Shown: positions 1 to 9,521 of the stretch, piece after piece
How the letters are laid out: every line of letters begins with the position of its first letter
Numbering within the stretch: position 1 is the stretch's first letter
Assembly (NCBI GenBank): GCA_021463645.1
Contig: JAJTYI010000006.1
Coordinates: 181,692 to 245,691, forward strand
Direction of reading: 5' to 3'
Origin: a bacterium
Lineage (GTDB): Bacteria > Patescibacteriota > Dojkabacteria > B142 > OLB20
DNA length: 64,000 nucleotides
The notes under the pieces: model-generated
The model's input: the letters and a program-made list of their open reading frames with translations, nothing else
The model's database searches: none
Told to the model about the DNA's origin: nothing
Position numbers and translations under genes: made by a program

Positions 1-1093
1 ATTTGGTTGTACGTAGTTCTTCCCACAAACGACCTTGTTCCCTTGTGAGTTTGGTAGGGATTACTACCTCTACCTTCACGTATTGGTCTCCATTACCTTT
101 TCCACGGAATTTGGGTGCACCTAGTCCAGTCATTTTCAATACGGTTTCTGGTTGTGTACCTGCGGGGATTTTCAATTCCTTGTCACCATGGACTGTGGGG
201 ATTTTGGTAGTGACTCCAAGCGTTGCAACTGGTGCAGAAACTTCGATTTCAAGATAAATGTCGTCTCCGCGACGTTCGAATTTGTCGTGTGGTTTGACTT
301 CTATGTTCAAAAACAAATCGCCGTTTGGACCTCCTTTTAATCCTGCACTTCCGCGATCTTTGAATCTAAGTGTTACTCCGTCTGGGATTCCTTGAGGAAT
401 CTTTACTTTGAAAAGTGTGTTTTCATTAATAATTCCGTCACCGGAACATTTGGTACATTTATCTTTGATGATTTTCCCTTCTCCACGGCATTCAGGGCAG
501 GTCGTAACTGTTTGGAAGTTCCCTAGGAAAGTTTGTTGCGTTCTCCTCACTTGTCCCTGTCCGTTACAGGTGGGGCAAGTTATTGGAGTAGTGCCTTTTT
601 CTGCTCCAGTCCCATTACATTCTTTACATTTGGTTTTTCTCGAGTACTCGATCGTTTTCTCGGTACCGAAAACAGCATCCATAAAGTCAACTTTTAGAGT
701 AGCTTCGATGTCTCGACCTCTTCTACTTCCATTGTCTGATCGTCTAGGTTGTCCTCCAAATCCTGAAAATCCTCCACCAAAGAATTGCTCAAAAATGTCT
801 CCAAAACCTGAGAAGTCATTGAAATCATAAGTACCACCGCCGTAGCCATATGGCGATCCTCCACCAAATCCCTGGGTGGCTGCATGTCCGTACTGATCGT
901 ATGCTGTTTTCTTTTGGTCGTCTGAGAGGACTTCGTATGCTTCTTGGACTTCTTTGAATTTGGCTTCTGCGTCTTGTGCCTTATTACGATCTGGATGAAA
1001 TTCTTTGGCTAATTTTCGATATGCGGATTTAATCTCTTGTTTAGAGGCACCTTTCTTAAGTCCTAAGACTTCATAATAATCTCTCTTTTCCAT
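1..1093 (-). CDS. dnaJ: Molecular chaperone DnaJ (3' end runs off the window)
   Basis: Not in the ORF track; translated manually from ATG 1093: [11 protein letters not shown]...HPDRNK J-domain, G/F-rich region and four CxxCxGxG zinc-finger repeats. Confidence 0.97.
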   Translation of the reverse strand, partial: MEKRDYYEVLGLKKGASKQEIKSAYRKLAKEFHPDRNKAQDAEAKFKEVQEAYEVLSDDQKKTAYDQYGHAATQGFGGGSPYGYGGGTYDFNDFSGFGDIFEQFFGGGFSGFGGQPRRSDNGSRRGRDIEATLKVDFMDAVFGTEKTIEYSRKTKCKECNGTGAEKGTTPITCPTCNGQGQVRRTQQTFLGNFQTVTTCPECRGEGKIIKDKCTKCSGDGIINENTLFKVKIPQGIPDGVTLRFKDRGSAGLKGGPNGDLFLNIEVKPHDKFERRGDDIYLEIEVSAPVATLGVTTKIPTVHGDKELKIPAGTQPETVLKMTGLGAPKFRGKGNGDQYVKVEVVIPTKLTREQGRLWEELRTTK

Positions 1094-1226
1094 CGTTTAG
1101 CAGTCGTATGAATTGAATGCTAACTATTATAGCAGAAAATTTGTTCATATTTTTACGAAAATTATAAAAGTTTTATCAAGACTATTAATTATGTTAAAAT
1201 GCTCAATTAGAAGTAACTTTCCAATA

Positions 1227-2804
1227 TTGAAGAAGAAAACAGAAAAAACAAAATCATTTGAAATTGGCAGAACACCTGTTATTGCTGTGATGGGTCACGT
1301 CAACCACGGGAAGACATCTTTGCTTGATGTTATACGTAAAACTCATGTACAGGAAAATGAAGCGGGTGGAATTACGCAAAACACTAGAGCACATCAAATC
1401 GACTACAAAGGATACAGGCTGACTTTTATTGATACACCAGGTCATGAAGCTTTTTCAGAGATGCGTTCCAGAGGTGCAAAAGTAACAGATATAGTAATGT
1501 TGGTTGTTGCTGCGGATGATGGAGTGCAACCTCAGACTAAGGAGTCAATAAAATTCGCTAAAATGGCTAAAGTACCTGTTGTTGTTGCGATAAACAAAAT
1601 AGATGTACCTGGAAAAAATCTCGATAAATTGAAACAAGAGCTTAGTAGCGCAGGTCTCGAGCTCGAAGAATATGGGGGAGATGTTATTATTACTGAAGTT
1701 TCAGCTAAAAAAGAAACAAATATTGATGGTTTATTAGAGAATTTATTATTAGTTGCGGAATTAAGCAATCTTAAACTTCATGACAAACCTGAGAATGGTC
1801 TAGCACAGGGTTTCGTGCTTGAGTCTAACTTAGATAAAAATGTTGGTCCTGTTGCTTTGATTCTGATACAAGCAGGGACGGTGACATCGAATAATTATCT
1901 TGCATATGAAGGAAATGTCGACAAAGTAAGATCTTTACTTGATGAAAAACAAAATAAACTAGAAACCGCTCAACAAGGAGATCCTGTATGGATCACAGGC
2001 CTTGATAGGGTATTGCATACAGGAGAGACTGTGATATTTTGTGAAACTGAAAAACAGGCAAAAGCTATAGATAATAAAACTATTGAAGAACAGATTAAAA
2101 TTGTTAATGAAGTCGAAGAAGAGACAGAAGCTGAGAAAAATGATAATGATGTTGATTTATTAGCTTCTCTTATCAATTCTGCAAAAACCGAAGAAGAAAT
2201 TAAATATTTAAATGTAATTCTTAAGACATCTACCTCCGGGACCCTAGAGGCTGTCAAAGAACAGTTAGAGAATCTTGATAGTGATAAAGTTAAAATAAAA
2301 GTAATATTAGCTGGAGTTGGAAAGATTAACGAGAAAGATATACAAGCCGCACAAGCCTCGTATGGAATCGTAATCGGTTTCCAAGTTGAACCAGATAAAA
2401 ATATCGTTGAAATTGCCGAGAAAGATAAAATTTTGCTTAAAAATTACGAAATAATCTATGAGATGCTCGACGAACTAGGGGAAGTTCTCGATTCGATGGA
2501 AGATCCAGTCCATGAAGAAGTCGAAGTCGCTAAAGCATCTGTTAAAAAAGTATTTGTTCTTTCAAACGGGAAATTTGTAGCTGGCTGTGTAGTAGAGAAA
2601 GGGAATGTTGTGAAAGGCTATAAAGTTTATGTGATGCGCGATGAAATCAGACTAGAACAAGATGCAAAGATAGTATTATTAAAAAAGCAAAAAAATGAAG
2701 TAAAAGAAGTGAAGAAAGGCGAAGAATGTGGAATTATGCTCGATCCTAATTTTGAGATTAAAGAAGGCGACGTAATCGTATGTTACAAAATGGAAAGGGT
2801 TTGA
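1227..2804 (+). CDS. infB: Translation initiation factor IF-2, short form without the long N-terminal domain
   Basis: GHVNHGKTSLLD, EAGGITQ, DTPGHEAF, NKID motifs; start uncertain (TTG 1227 chosen because TGnTAAAAT lies at 1192-1200; ATG 1191 is the alternative). Confidence 0.95.
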   Translation: MKKKTEKTKSFEIGRTPVIAVMGHVNHGKTSLLDVIRKTHVQENEAGGITQNTRAHQIDYKGYRLTFIDTPGHEAFSEMRSRGAKVTDIVMLVVAADDGVQPQTKESIKFAKMAKVPVVVAINKIDVPGKNLDKLKQELSSAGLELEEYGGDVIITEVSAKKETNIDGLLENLLLVAELSNLKLHDKPENGLAQGFVLESNLDKNVGPVALILIQAGTVTSNNYLAYEGNVDKVRSLLDEKQNKLETAQQGDPVWITGLDRVLHTGETVIFCETEKQAKAIDNKTIEEQIKIVNEVEEETEAEKNDNDVDLLASLINSAKTEEEIKYLNVILKTSTSGTLEAVKEQLENLDSDKVKIKVILAGVGKINEKDIQAAQASYGIVIGFQVEPDKNIVEIAEKDKILLKNYEIIYEMLDELGEVLDSMEDPVHEEVEVAKASVKKVFVLSNGKFVAGCVVEKGNVVKGYKVYVMRDEIRLEQDAKIVLLKKQKNEVKEVKKGEECGIMLDPNFEIKEGDVIVCYKMERV

Positions 2805-2842
2805 TAGACAAAAACTATTTGCTCCGATAAAACATTAATTAA

Positions 2843-3613
2843 ATGAATCTAAGAGAATTATACCTCAAGTTGAAGTTAAGTTTTTCTGCAGTCACCTTAC
2901 TGATTGTAATAAATGTTTTGTTTTTTGTGCTTAGTACAATAATCGGCTCATTTATAGGTTCCACAAGTGCATTGAGACTCCTTGGTGCAGAATATGTACC
3001 TGATATTCTTAGAGGTGAATATTGGAGGCTTGTGATGCCTGCATTTTTACACGCAGGAATCTTTCATTTGTTATTAAATATGTGGGCGCTTTACCATCTA
3101 GGTGGTGCTATTGAAACATTCTACGGACATGGAAAAGTCCTAGTAGTTTATGTTATTACAGGTTTTTTTGGTTCATTGTTTAGTGTTATTGCTTCACTTT
3201 CACAGATCTACTTCTCTCAGGGGACTGATGGTTTTTCAATCTCAGTCGGATCTTCAGCAGCTGTATTCGGTTTTGTTGGGTTATTAATTGGTAATAAATT
3301 CAAAAAAAACACTTTCTCGGTAAGTATTGATAATTATATTAATACCTCTCAACTCTGGTTTTTTGTGGGTGTAAACATACTTTTCGGTCTTGGCGTAAAC
3401 TTCATGGGAAGTGGTTTCGCGATTAACAACTTCGCGCATATTGGCGGATTTCTTTCTGGTTTGGTTTTGGGAGTTATTCTTGATTTAATAAATACAACCT
3501 ATCAGAGCAAATCAAAGAGTTTTATTGAAAAATTTTTATTTGTATTCGCATCCGTTCTGATTATTTTGAGTTTAATAGGACAATCAGTGTATATTTTTAC
3601 AAGTATTTATTAG
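2843..3613 (+). CDS. Rhomboid family intramembrane serine protease
   Basis: WRL, HLLLNM, GSSAAVFG and AHIGGF motifs; multiple TM helices. Confidence 0.93.
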   Translation: MNLRELYLKLKLSFSAVTLLIVINVLFFVLSTIIGSFIGSTSALRLLGAEYVPDILRGEYWRLVMPAFLHAGIFHLLLNMWALYHLGGAIETFYGHGKVLVVYVITGFFGSLFSVIASLSQIYFSQGTDGFSISVGSSAAVFGFVGLLIGNKFKKNTFSVSIDNYINTSQLWFFVGVNILFGLGVNFMGSGFAINNFAHIGGFLSGLVLGVILDLINTTYQSKSKSFIEKFLFVFASVLIILSLIGQSVYIFTSIY

Positions 3614-3630
3614 ATTATTAATTAAATAAC

Positions 3631-4215
3631 ATGGTAGCAGTAGTATTCGGAATCCCTGGCGTGGGTAAATCAACAATAGTTAATAGGGTAAAAGATGACC
3701 TCGGTTTAGTGTATATTCATCCAGGTAATATTATGTATGAAATCGCCTCAGAAAAGGGCATCGTCGAGAATGTTGATCAGATGAGAAAGCTGAAATTGTC
3801 AGTACAACAACAATTACAGGAAGAAATGGCTGGAGTTGTAGCAGAGAAAATTAACTCTCAGAAAGAAAATAGTTTCATAATAGATACTCATGCAATAGTC
3901 AAAACTCCCCAGGGGTTCTTCCCAGGCTTAAGAAATGCTTTCTTTGAAGTGGTACAACCTGACATCTATCTGGTCGTAGAGTCAAAACCCGAGATGATAT
4001 TACAGAGGAGGACTGCCGACAAGGATAGAGTTAGACAAGATGATCATTCACTAGATGAGATTTTGCTCCATATCGACCTTACGAGAGATTTCGCTTCAGC
4101 GTATTCGATATATAGCCAAGCAAATTTTGCTGTAATTGAAAACAAAGAAGGCGACATTGATTATGCAGTAAACGAAATGTCGGGAATAATTTCCAGATTT
4201 ATGGAAATACAGTAA
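3631..4215 (+). CDS. adkA: Adenylate kinase, archaeal AdkA type
   Basis: P-loop GIPGVGKST; DTHAIVKTPQGFFPGL signature of the archaeal family. Confidence 0.85.
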   Translation: MVAVVFGIPGVGKSTIVNRVKDDLGLVYIHPGNIMYEIASEKGIVENVDQMRKLKLSVQQQLQEEMAGVVAEKINSQKENSFIIDTHAIVKTPQGFFPGLRNAFFEVVQPDIYLVVESKPEMILQRRTADKDRVRQDDHSLDEILLHIDLTRDFASAYSIYSQANFAVIENKEGDIDYAVNEMSGIISRFMEIQ

Positions 4216-4222
4216 TTTGTTT

Positions 4223-4231
4223 TGATATACT
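4223..4231 (+). promoter_or_regulatory. Extended -10 promoter for the leader/DUF62 transcript
   Basis: TG-A-TATACT ending 13 nt before the leader ATG. Confidence 0.55.
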
Positions 4232-4244
4232 TGCTTTAGAAATT

Positions 4245-4304
4245 ATGAAAAACTACACCTTAATACAAAAATTCATGATGATGTACTCTCCACCGGGTTC
4301 ATAA
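4245..4304 (+). CDS. Putative attenuator leader peptide MKNYTLIQKFMMMYSPPGS (19 aa)
   Basis: ATG 4245 to TAA 4304; three consecutive ATG codons at 4275-4283; 3' end overlaps the antiterminator arm. Confidence 0.7.
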   Translation: MKNYTLIQKFMMMYSPPGS

Positions 4305-4326
4305 TCTATGGATTTATTGATTATCG

Positions 4327-4351
4327 GACCCCTAAAAAGGGGTCTTTTTTT
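4327..4351 (+). terminator. Intrinsic terminator of the putative attenuator
   Basis: GACCCCT-AAAA-AGGGGTC followed by T7; its 5' arm can pair alternatively with 4295-4300. Confidence 0.85.
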
Positions 4352-4370
4352 ATTTATTAATTTCTTAATT

Positions 4371-5168
4371 ATGTTTGTAACAATTATAAGCGACTGTAAT
4401 GATGCAAATGAATCAGCAAGGCAGTTAACTCGAGCCAACGTTTTATTCAATTGTCCCGCAAATTCATTGCGTCTAGGTAATTACTCCGATATCCAGTCTT
4501 CGGGAAACTTAATAGACATTCTAGATGCGAGTGAGGGTAGGGAGGGGGTAATAATTTTAAATGTTGCTCCTCGATTTGGAACGGCTAAAAGATGGTCAAA
4601 TGGTGTTCCTTTTGGATTCTTCCGTTATAAAGAGTCTATTGTGGTATTGACTGTAAACGATTTTGTATTAGCATTGTTAAAAAAGCTTGAGATAACAAAT
4701 GAAGTAAATGTCACACAAATCCCAGAGGTAATTGATACATTGATTAATCATAAATTGATAGTAGAGGATAATAGAGACTACATAATCAACACACAATTCA
4801 GAAGCTATGAGTACGCACCAAAGCTCGCAAAACTTGTGTTGGATGGTATTAATTTCCCTCTGGAAGTGATGAAAATCAGCGACAACCCTGAATTAGAGAA
4901 AGGGAAAGTATGGTTTATTGATAGTTTTGGAAATTGCAAAACTACGCTATTGAGAGATGAGTTAGAATTTTCAACTGATGGCTTTGTTAAAACGAGATGG
5001 GGGCATATTAAATTCTATGAAAGATTGAAGGACGTAGATAATGACAATCTGGGTATATATATTGGAAGTTCCGGAATAGGCCAAAAGCGATTTGCAGAGA
5101 TTACAATACAAGGAGGAAGTGCTTCTTCTGGAATTGGTATAAATATTGGTGACAATGTGCTTGTATAA
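4371..5168 (+). CDS. DUF62 / SAM hydroxide adenosyltransferase (SAM hydrolase/halogenase family) protein
   Basis: N-terminal FVTIISD, FRS motif, WFIDSFGNCKT and C-terminal GSSG...EITIQGGSA; ATG 4371 lies just after the terminator. Confidence 0.75.
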   Translation: MFVTIISDCNDANESARQLTRANVLFNCPANSLRLGNYSDIQSSGNLIDILDASEGREGVIILNVAPRFGTAKRWSNGVPFGFFRYKESIVVLTVNDFVLALLKKLEITNEVNVTQIPEVIDTLINHKLIVEDNRDYIINTQFRSYEYAPKLAKLVLDGINFPLEVMKISDNPELEKGKVWFIDSFGNCKTTLLRDELEFSTDGFVKTRWGHIKFYERLKDVDNDNLGIYIGSSGIGQKRFAEITIQGGSASSGIGINIGDNVLV

Positions 5169-5173
5169 ATAGC

Positions 5174-5839
5174 CTAAATAGTGGATTTCGATTTTCTCCA
5201 GGCTTCAATATTGCTATGATTTCCACTTAGTAAAACCTCAGGGACAGTCCACTCACTGCCCTCGTCTGTTATGAACTTCTCTGGTCTGGTGTATTGAGGT
5301 GCTTCTGTTTTGTTTTCATCAGTGAATGATTCGTTTTCAATAGAAGTTTCGTTTCCTAAAACCCCTGGCAATAATCTCGTGACAGCATCTGTGATTACCA
5401 TTGCAGGGATTTCTCCTCCGGTTAAAACATATTGTCCAATTGAGATTTCGAGGTCAGCAATATGTTCCTTAACTCTTTCGTCAATTCCTTCGTAATGACC
5501 ACAAATGAAGATTATTGCCTCATATTTTGAAAAATCTCGTGCATGTTTCTGTGTAAAAACTTGCCCCTTTGCGCTCGTGAGAAGCACTAAAGTTTTTTTG
5601 TCCCCGATGGATTCTTGAATTTCTTTTACTGCTTTGTAGATAGGCTCGACCATCATAACCATTCCTGCACCACCACCGTATGGCCTATGATCGATTGTTT
5701 TATGTTTGTCAGTTGTCCATTTACGAATATTGTGTGTTTTTATTGTGATTAGTTCTTGCTCTTGTGCTCGTTTCAGGATGCTTTTACTGAATGGAGATTC
5801 GAACATTTCAGGAAAGGCTGTAATTATGTGAATTTGCAT
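5174..5839 (-). CDS. trmD: tRNA (guanine37-N1)-methyltransferase
   Basis: RPYGGGAGMVM, CGHYEGIDER, SIGQYVLTGGE, YTRP. Confidence 0.98.
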   Translation of the reverse strand: MQIHIITAFPEMFESPFSKSILKRAQEQELITIKTHNIRKWTTDKHKTIDHRPYGGGAGMVMMVEPIYKAVKEIQESIGDKKTLVLLTSAKGQVFTQKHARDFSKYEAIIFICGHYEGIDERVKEHIADLEISIGQYVLTGGEIPAMVITDAVTRLLPGVLGNETSIENESFTDENKTEAPQYTRPEKFITDEGSEWTVPEVLLSGNHSNIEAWRKSKSTI

Positions 5840-5957
5840 TTTATATTTAATTATTTTTAAATTGCATAGTTTTGTACTACTTAAAGAAAGCTTTGTTACT
5901 TTCCTTACTTTAATACCATCAAAAAATCAGGTATTATAGGTAAATACTACTTTCACA

Positions 5958-6704
5958 ATGCATCTTAATTATACAGCTAAAGGACAAGGCAAAAAAACGA
6001 TAATTTTGCTTCATGGTTGGGGTGGTAATTCGAAAAGTCTCACTCCGCTTCAGAACGAATTAATTAAATCAGGGAAATTCAGAGTTTTTAATATTGAATG
6101 GCCAGGTTTTGGCGATAGCCCTGTAATAAATCACTCAGCCAATTTAACTGATTATGTAAAATATCTAGAAGATTTTATAAAAAGTCAGAATTTACTAAGA
6201 CCCATCCTCGTTGGGCATTCGTTTGGTGGTAAAGTTGCAATGTCTATGCTAATAAATAATTCTGGAATCGCAGAGAAGTTAATTTTAATTAACTCCTCTG
6301 GAATAAAGCCGAGAAATAGTCTGAAAAAGGCAGCTCTATTTTTGCCAACAAAACTCTTTGGAAGTGTCTTTTCTTTGCCTGGATTAAAAAAAGTTAAACC
6401 ACTAACTAGAAAAATTTATTATAAAATTGTGGTTCGTGAATCTGATTATTTAAAGTCTGAAGAGCTGAGCGAGAGCTTGAAGTACATATTGGATGAGAAT
6501 TTGGATGAAAAAGTTAAAGACATAGAGGTTGAAACATTATTATTATGGGGGGAGAAGGACACCAGAACACCTTTATGGATGGCGGAATATCTTAGAGACG
6601 AAATACCTAACTCAAAACTCGAAGTTATAAAAGATGCACGACACAATTTGCCACTTGTACAACCTGAACTGGTATCAACCATGATATCGCTATTTATTAA
6701 ATAA
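5958..6704 (+). CDS. Alpha/beta hydrolase
   Basis: HGWGG, GHSFGG nucleophile elbow, WGEKD, C-terminal His. Confidence 0.92.
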   Translation: MHLNYTAKGQGKKTIILLHGWGGNSKSLTPLQNELIKSGKFRVFNIEWPGFGDSPVINHSANLTDYVKYLEDFIKSQNLLRPILVGHSFGGKVAMSMLINNSGIAEKLILINSSGIKPRNSLKKAALFLPTKLFGSVFSLPGLKKVKPLTRKIYYKIVVRESDYLKSEELSESLKYILDENLDEKVKDIEVETLLLWGEKDTRTPLWMAEYLRDEIPNSKLEVIKDARHNLPLVQPELVSTMISLFIK

Positions 6705-6709
6705 TTTAA

Positions 6710-8512
6710 ATGGACAAGTTTCTTGTACTTTACCTTTTATTAATTTTTCCTGCATTTATAGGAATCATTAGATATTTTCTTCAGTTATTGCAATTATGGC
6801 AGGTCAAAGAATATCGAATCGACCGAGTTGCATCGTATCTCCGATATGAGAAGAAGTACACACAAATTGGGACTATTCTTTGGTTAATGAAAATCGCCTT
6901 TCTCGTAAATGGTGTGCTGTATATCCTATATCCAAATGCAGGGTATCTATCGTTTACATACATACTTGCCTATGTTCTTTATTTCATGCATTTGGAGTGG
7001 TTTATAACAGATATAATAAGTCGACGGTTAGTGCGGCCAAGGGTTAAAAGTTTAAGAAATCTATTAATATCATCAGCAGTTCTTGCATTTATAGTTTCAA
7101 TTTATTCAAGGATTCTTGTATGGTTTTTACAGTTCGATTTTCATAATGTAAATTTTGTATCTCCCGAAGGACTTACATTAAAAAACCTTGCTGATACCTT
7201 CAATCCTGCCATCATCCAAAGCGAAGAAGTAATTCCACTTCTGACTTTAGTAGTTGGATTAACTCTTTGTGTTTCACTCTTTATAGATTTGTTAATTCCA
7301 TTTTGGACTTTTTTAATGGTGATGGCCACAGCACCGCTATCGTATATTTCTAGGAAACGAAAGATTATGGCTGCCAAGAGAATCATAAGAGAGAAGGGTA
7401 GCGGAATGAAAATTGTTGCGATTACAGGGAGTTATGGCAAAACAACCACCAAGGAATTAATTTACGAAATAATTAAAGACAAATATAAAGTTGCAAAAAC
7501 TCCACTAAACAACAATACTGCCGTTGGTTTAGCACAAGCAGTAAAAACATATATTAAAGGGGATACAGAAGTTTTCGTAGTCGAAATGGGTGCATATAGA
7601 AAAGGAGAAATTAAACAATCTACTAAAATCGTTTCCCCTGACATAGCCGTTGTTACGGCACTTTCACAACAACATGTGAGTTTGTTTGGTTCTGTCGAAA
7701 AATTATATCAAGCAAAATTTGAACTTATCGACGGACTTAAAGATGACGGTGTTGCCATTTTTAACGGCGATGATGAAAAATGTCAAATGATGTCTAGAGA
7801 AACAAGTAAGGAAAAAGTATTTTTCTTTAAGAAAAATTCAGAAGGGTTAAAATTCGATAAATTCAAGATGAATACAGATCAATTGAGCTCAGAAGATAAT
7901 AACTTGTACATTTCAAATGTAATAGATTTGGGGGATGTATTAGACGTACAAATAAGATACAAAGGAGAGATCTATCGATTTAAAGTTGGATTAAAGGAGG
8001 AAAGATTTACAATTAATCTTGCTGCGGCAATCTTAGTCGCGCTACAACTAGGTATGACTATGGACGATATAATTACGAAAATCTCGTCATGGAACTATTC
8101 TGTAGAATACCTAAAAGTACACAAAGGGATCAATGAATCCCTTATTATCGATGATGGAAAAACTTCGAATAAAGAAGGTTTTCTCTTAGCATTGGATTAT
8201 TTAAATAATAAGTTTGAAGGAAACAAGTGGGTTATGACACAAGGTATTATTGAACTAGGAAACGAAAGGTATTATACATACAAAGAACTTGCCGAAAATA
8301 TAGTAGAGGTATCAAATGGTTTAATTTCTAATGATGATAATCTAATCACAGCAGTTCGGAATGCAAAATCAAATTTCGTTGTAACGAAGGTAAACAACAT
8401 CAATGGTTTTGCAGATGCCTACAAGTTTAATGTAAAAAAAGGCGATAAAGTTTTAATAGAAGGAATATTCCCTCAAACAGTTTTAAATCAAATAATTGTC
8501 TATGATTCATAA
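6710..8512 (+). CDS. MurF-like Mur ligase with N-terminal membrane domain
   Basis: ITGSYGKTTTKE, VEMGAY, NGDD motifs; hydrophobic N-terminal ~210 aa. Confidence 0.85.
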   Translation: MDKFLVLYLLLIFPAFIGIIRYFLQLLQLWQVKEYRIDRVASYLRYEKKYTQIGTILWLMKIAFLVNGVLYILYPNAGYLSFTYILAYVLYFMHLEWFITDIISRRLVRPRVKSLRNLLISSAVLAFIVSIYSRILVWFLQFDFHNVNFVSPEGLTLKNLADTFNPAIIQSEEVIPLLTLVVGLTLCVSLFIDLLIPFWTFLMVMATAPLSYISRKRKIMAAKRIIREKGSGMKIVAITGSYGKTTTKELIYEIIKDKYKVAKTPLNNNTAVGLAQAVKTYIKGDTEVFVVEMGAYRKGEIKQSTKIVSPDIAVVTALSQQHVSLFGSVEKLYQAKFELIDGLKDDGVAIFNGDDEKCQMMSRETSKEKVFFFKKNSEGLKFDKFKMNTDQLSSEDNNLYISNVIDLGDVLDVQIRYKGEIYRFKVGLKEERFTINLAAAILVALQLGMTMDDIITKISSWNYSVEYLKVHKGINESLIIDDGKTSNKEGFLLALDYLNNKFEGNKWVMTQGIIELGNERYYTYKELAENIVEVSNGLISNDDNLITAVRNAKSNFVVTKVNNINGFADAYKFNVKKGDKVLIEGIFPQTVLNQIIVYDS

Positions 8513-9521
8513 AGAAATAACAGATAAAAATTATTGGGAAGAATTTATTTCTACTAGTGGTTACAATACAAGTTTTTTTCAATCTTGGGCTTGGGGAGAA
8601 TTCGAAAAATCACTGGGTAAAAGCGTGGTTAGGATGGGATTCTATACGGATAATAAGTTAGAGGCAATCGCCCAAATTGTAAAAGTTAATGCAAAACGAG
8701 GAGTGTTCCTACATATAAGAAACGGCCCAGTAGTAGACTGGGATAATGAAATCCTTGTCAAAGAATTATTACTTGAATTAAAACTTATAGGAAAAGAACA
8801 AGATGTTGATTTTATTAGAATGAGTCCGCATATTAAACATTCCGAATATAATCCAAAATTGTGGAAAAAACACGGTTTTGTGTCTAACCAAATGCATGAT
8901 GTAGATGCAGAAATCACTTGGGTCTTAGATTTAACACAAGACCTGGAAACTATTTTGCAAAATATGCGAAAAAATACTCGGTATTACATACGCAAAGCCG
9001 AAAAGGAGGGGGTACGAATTTTTAAAAGCAAAAAAATTGAAGACTTAAAGAAGTTCTATGATGTATATGAGGATACTGTTAGAAGACAGAAGTGGAATGC
9101 TTATAATTACGAATATTTAAGAAAAGAATTTGATGTGTTCAGCAAAGAAGGTGACATATCGATTTATCTTGGGGATTATCAGGGTCAGATTATCGCAGCT
9201 TCGCTTTTTATTTACTATCTTGGAGAAACATTTTATCATCACTCGGGAACATTAACTGAATTCCAAAAAGTACCTGCGTCATATCTTTTGCAATGGGAGT
9301 CAATTAAGGATTCTAAGGAGAGAGGAATGACAAAATATAATTTCTTTGGTATAGCCAGAGATGACAACTCAAAGCACCCATGGGCAGGACTCACTTTCTT
9401 TAAGAAAGGTTTCGGAGGTGTAGAACAAAGATGGATGCACGCTCATGATCTACCAATAAAAAAGAAATATTGGTTGACATACTTCTATGAACGTTACGAA
9501 AGACTCAAAAGAGGATATTAA
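8502..9521 (+). CDS. FemABX family peptidoglycan bridge peptidyltransferase
   Basis: FFQSWAWGE, RKNTRYYIRKA, YLLQWE, FKKGFGG. Confidence 0.92.
   Translation: MIHKEITDKNYWEEFISTSGYNTSFFQSWAWGEFEKSLGKSVVRMGFYTDNKLEAIAQIVKVNAKRGVFLHIRNGPVVDWDNEILVKELLLELKLIGKEQDVDFIRMSPHIKHSEYNPKLWKKHGFVSNQMHDVDAEITWVLDLTQDLETILQNMRKNTRYYIRKAEKEGVRIFKSKKIEDLKKFYDVYEDTVRRQKWNAYNYEYLRKEFDVFSKEGDISIYLGDYQGQIIAASLFIYYLGETFYHHSGTLTEFQKVPASYLLQWESIKDSKERGMTKYNFFGIARDDNSKHPWAGLTFFKKGFGGVEQRWMHAHDLPIKKKYWLTYFYERYERLKRGY

Noticed and set aside
3..885. Short ORFs at 3-257, 152-340, 408-830 and 694-885
   Set aside because: Antisense or off-frame shadows of dnaJ
4235..4360. SAM riboswitch or T-box upstream of the DUF62 gene
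   Set aside because: No SAM-I core or T-box consensus visible; the leader is short and explained by uORF plus alternative hairpins
4308..4370. ORF-track start for the DUF62 gene
   Set aside because: Runs through the terminator hairpin; family similarity starts at ATG 4371
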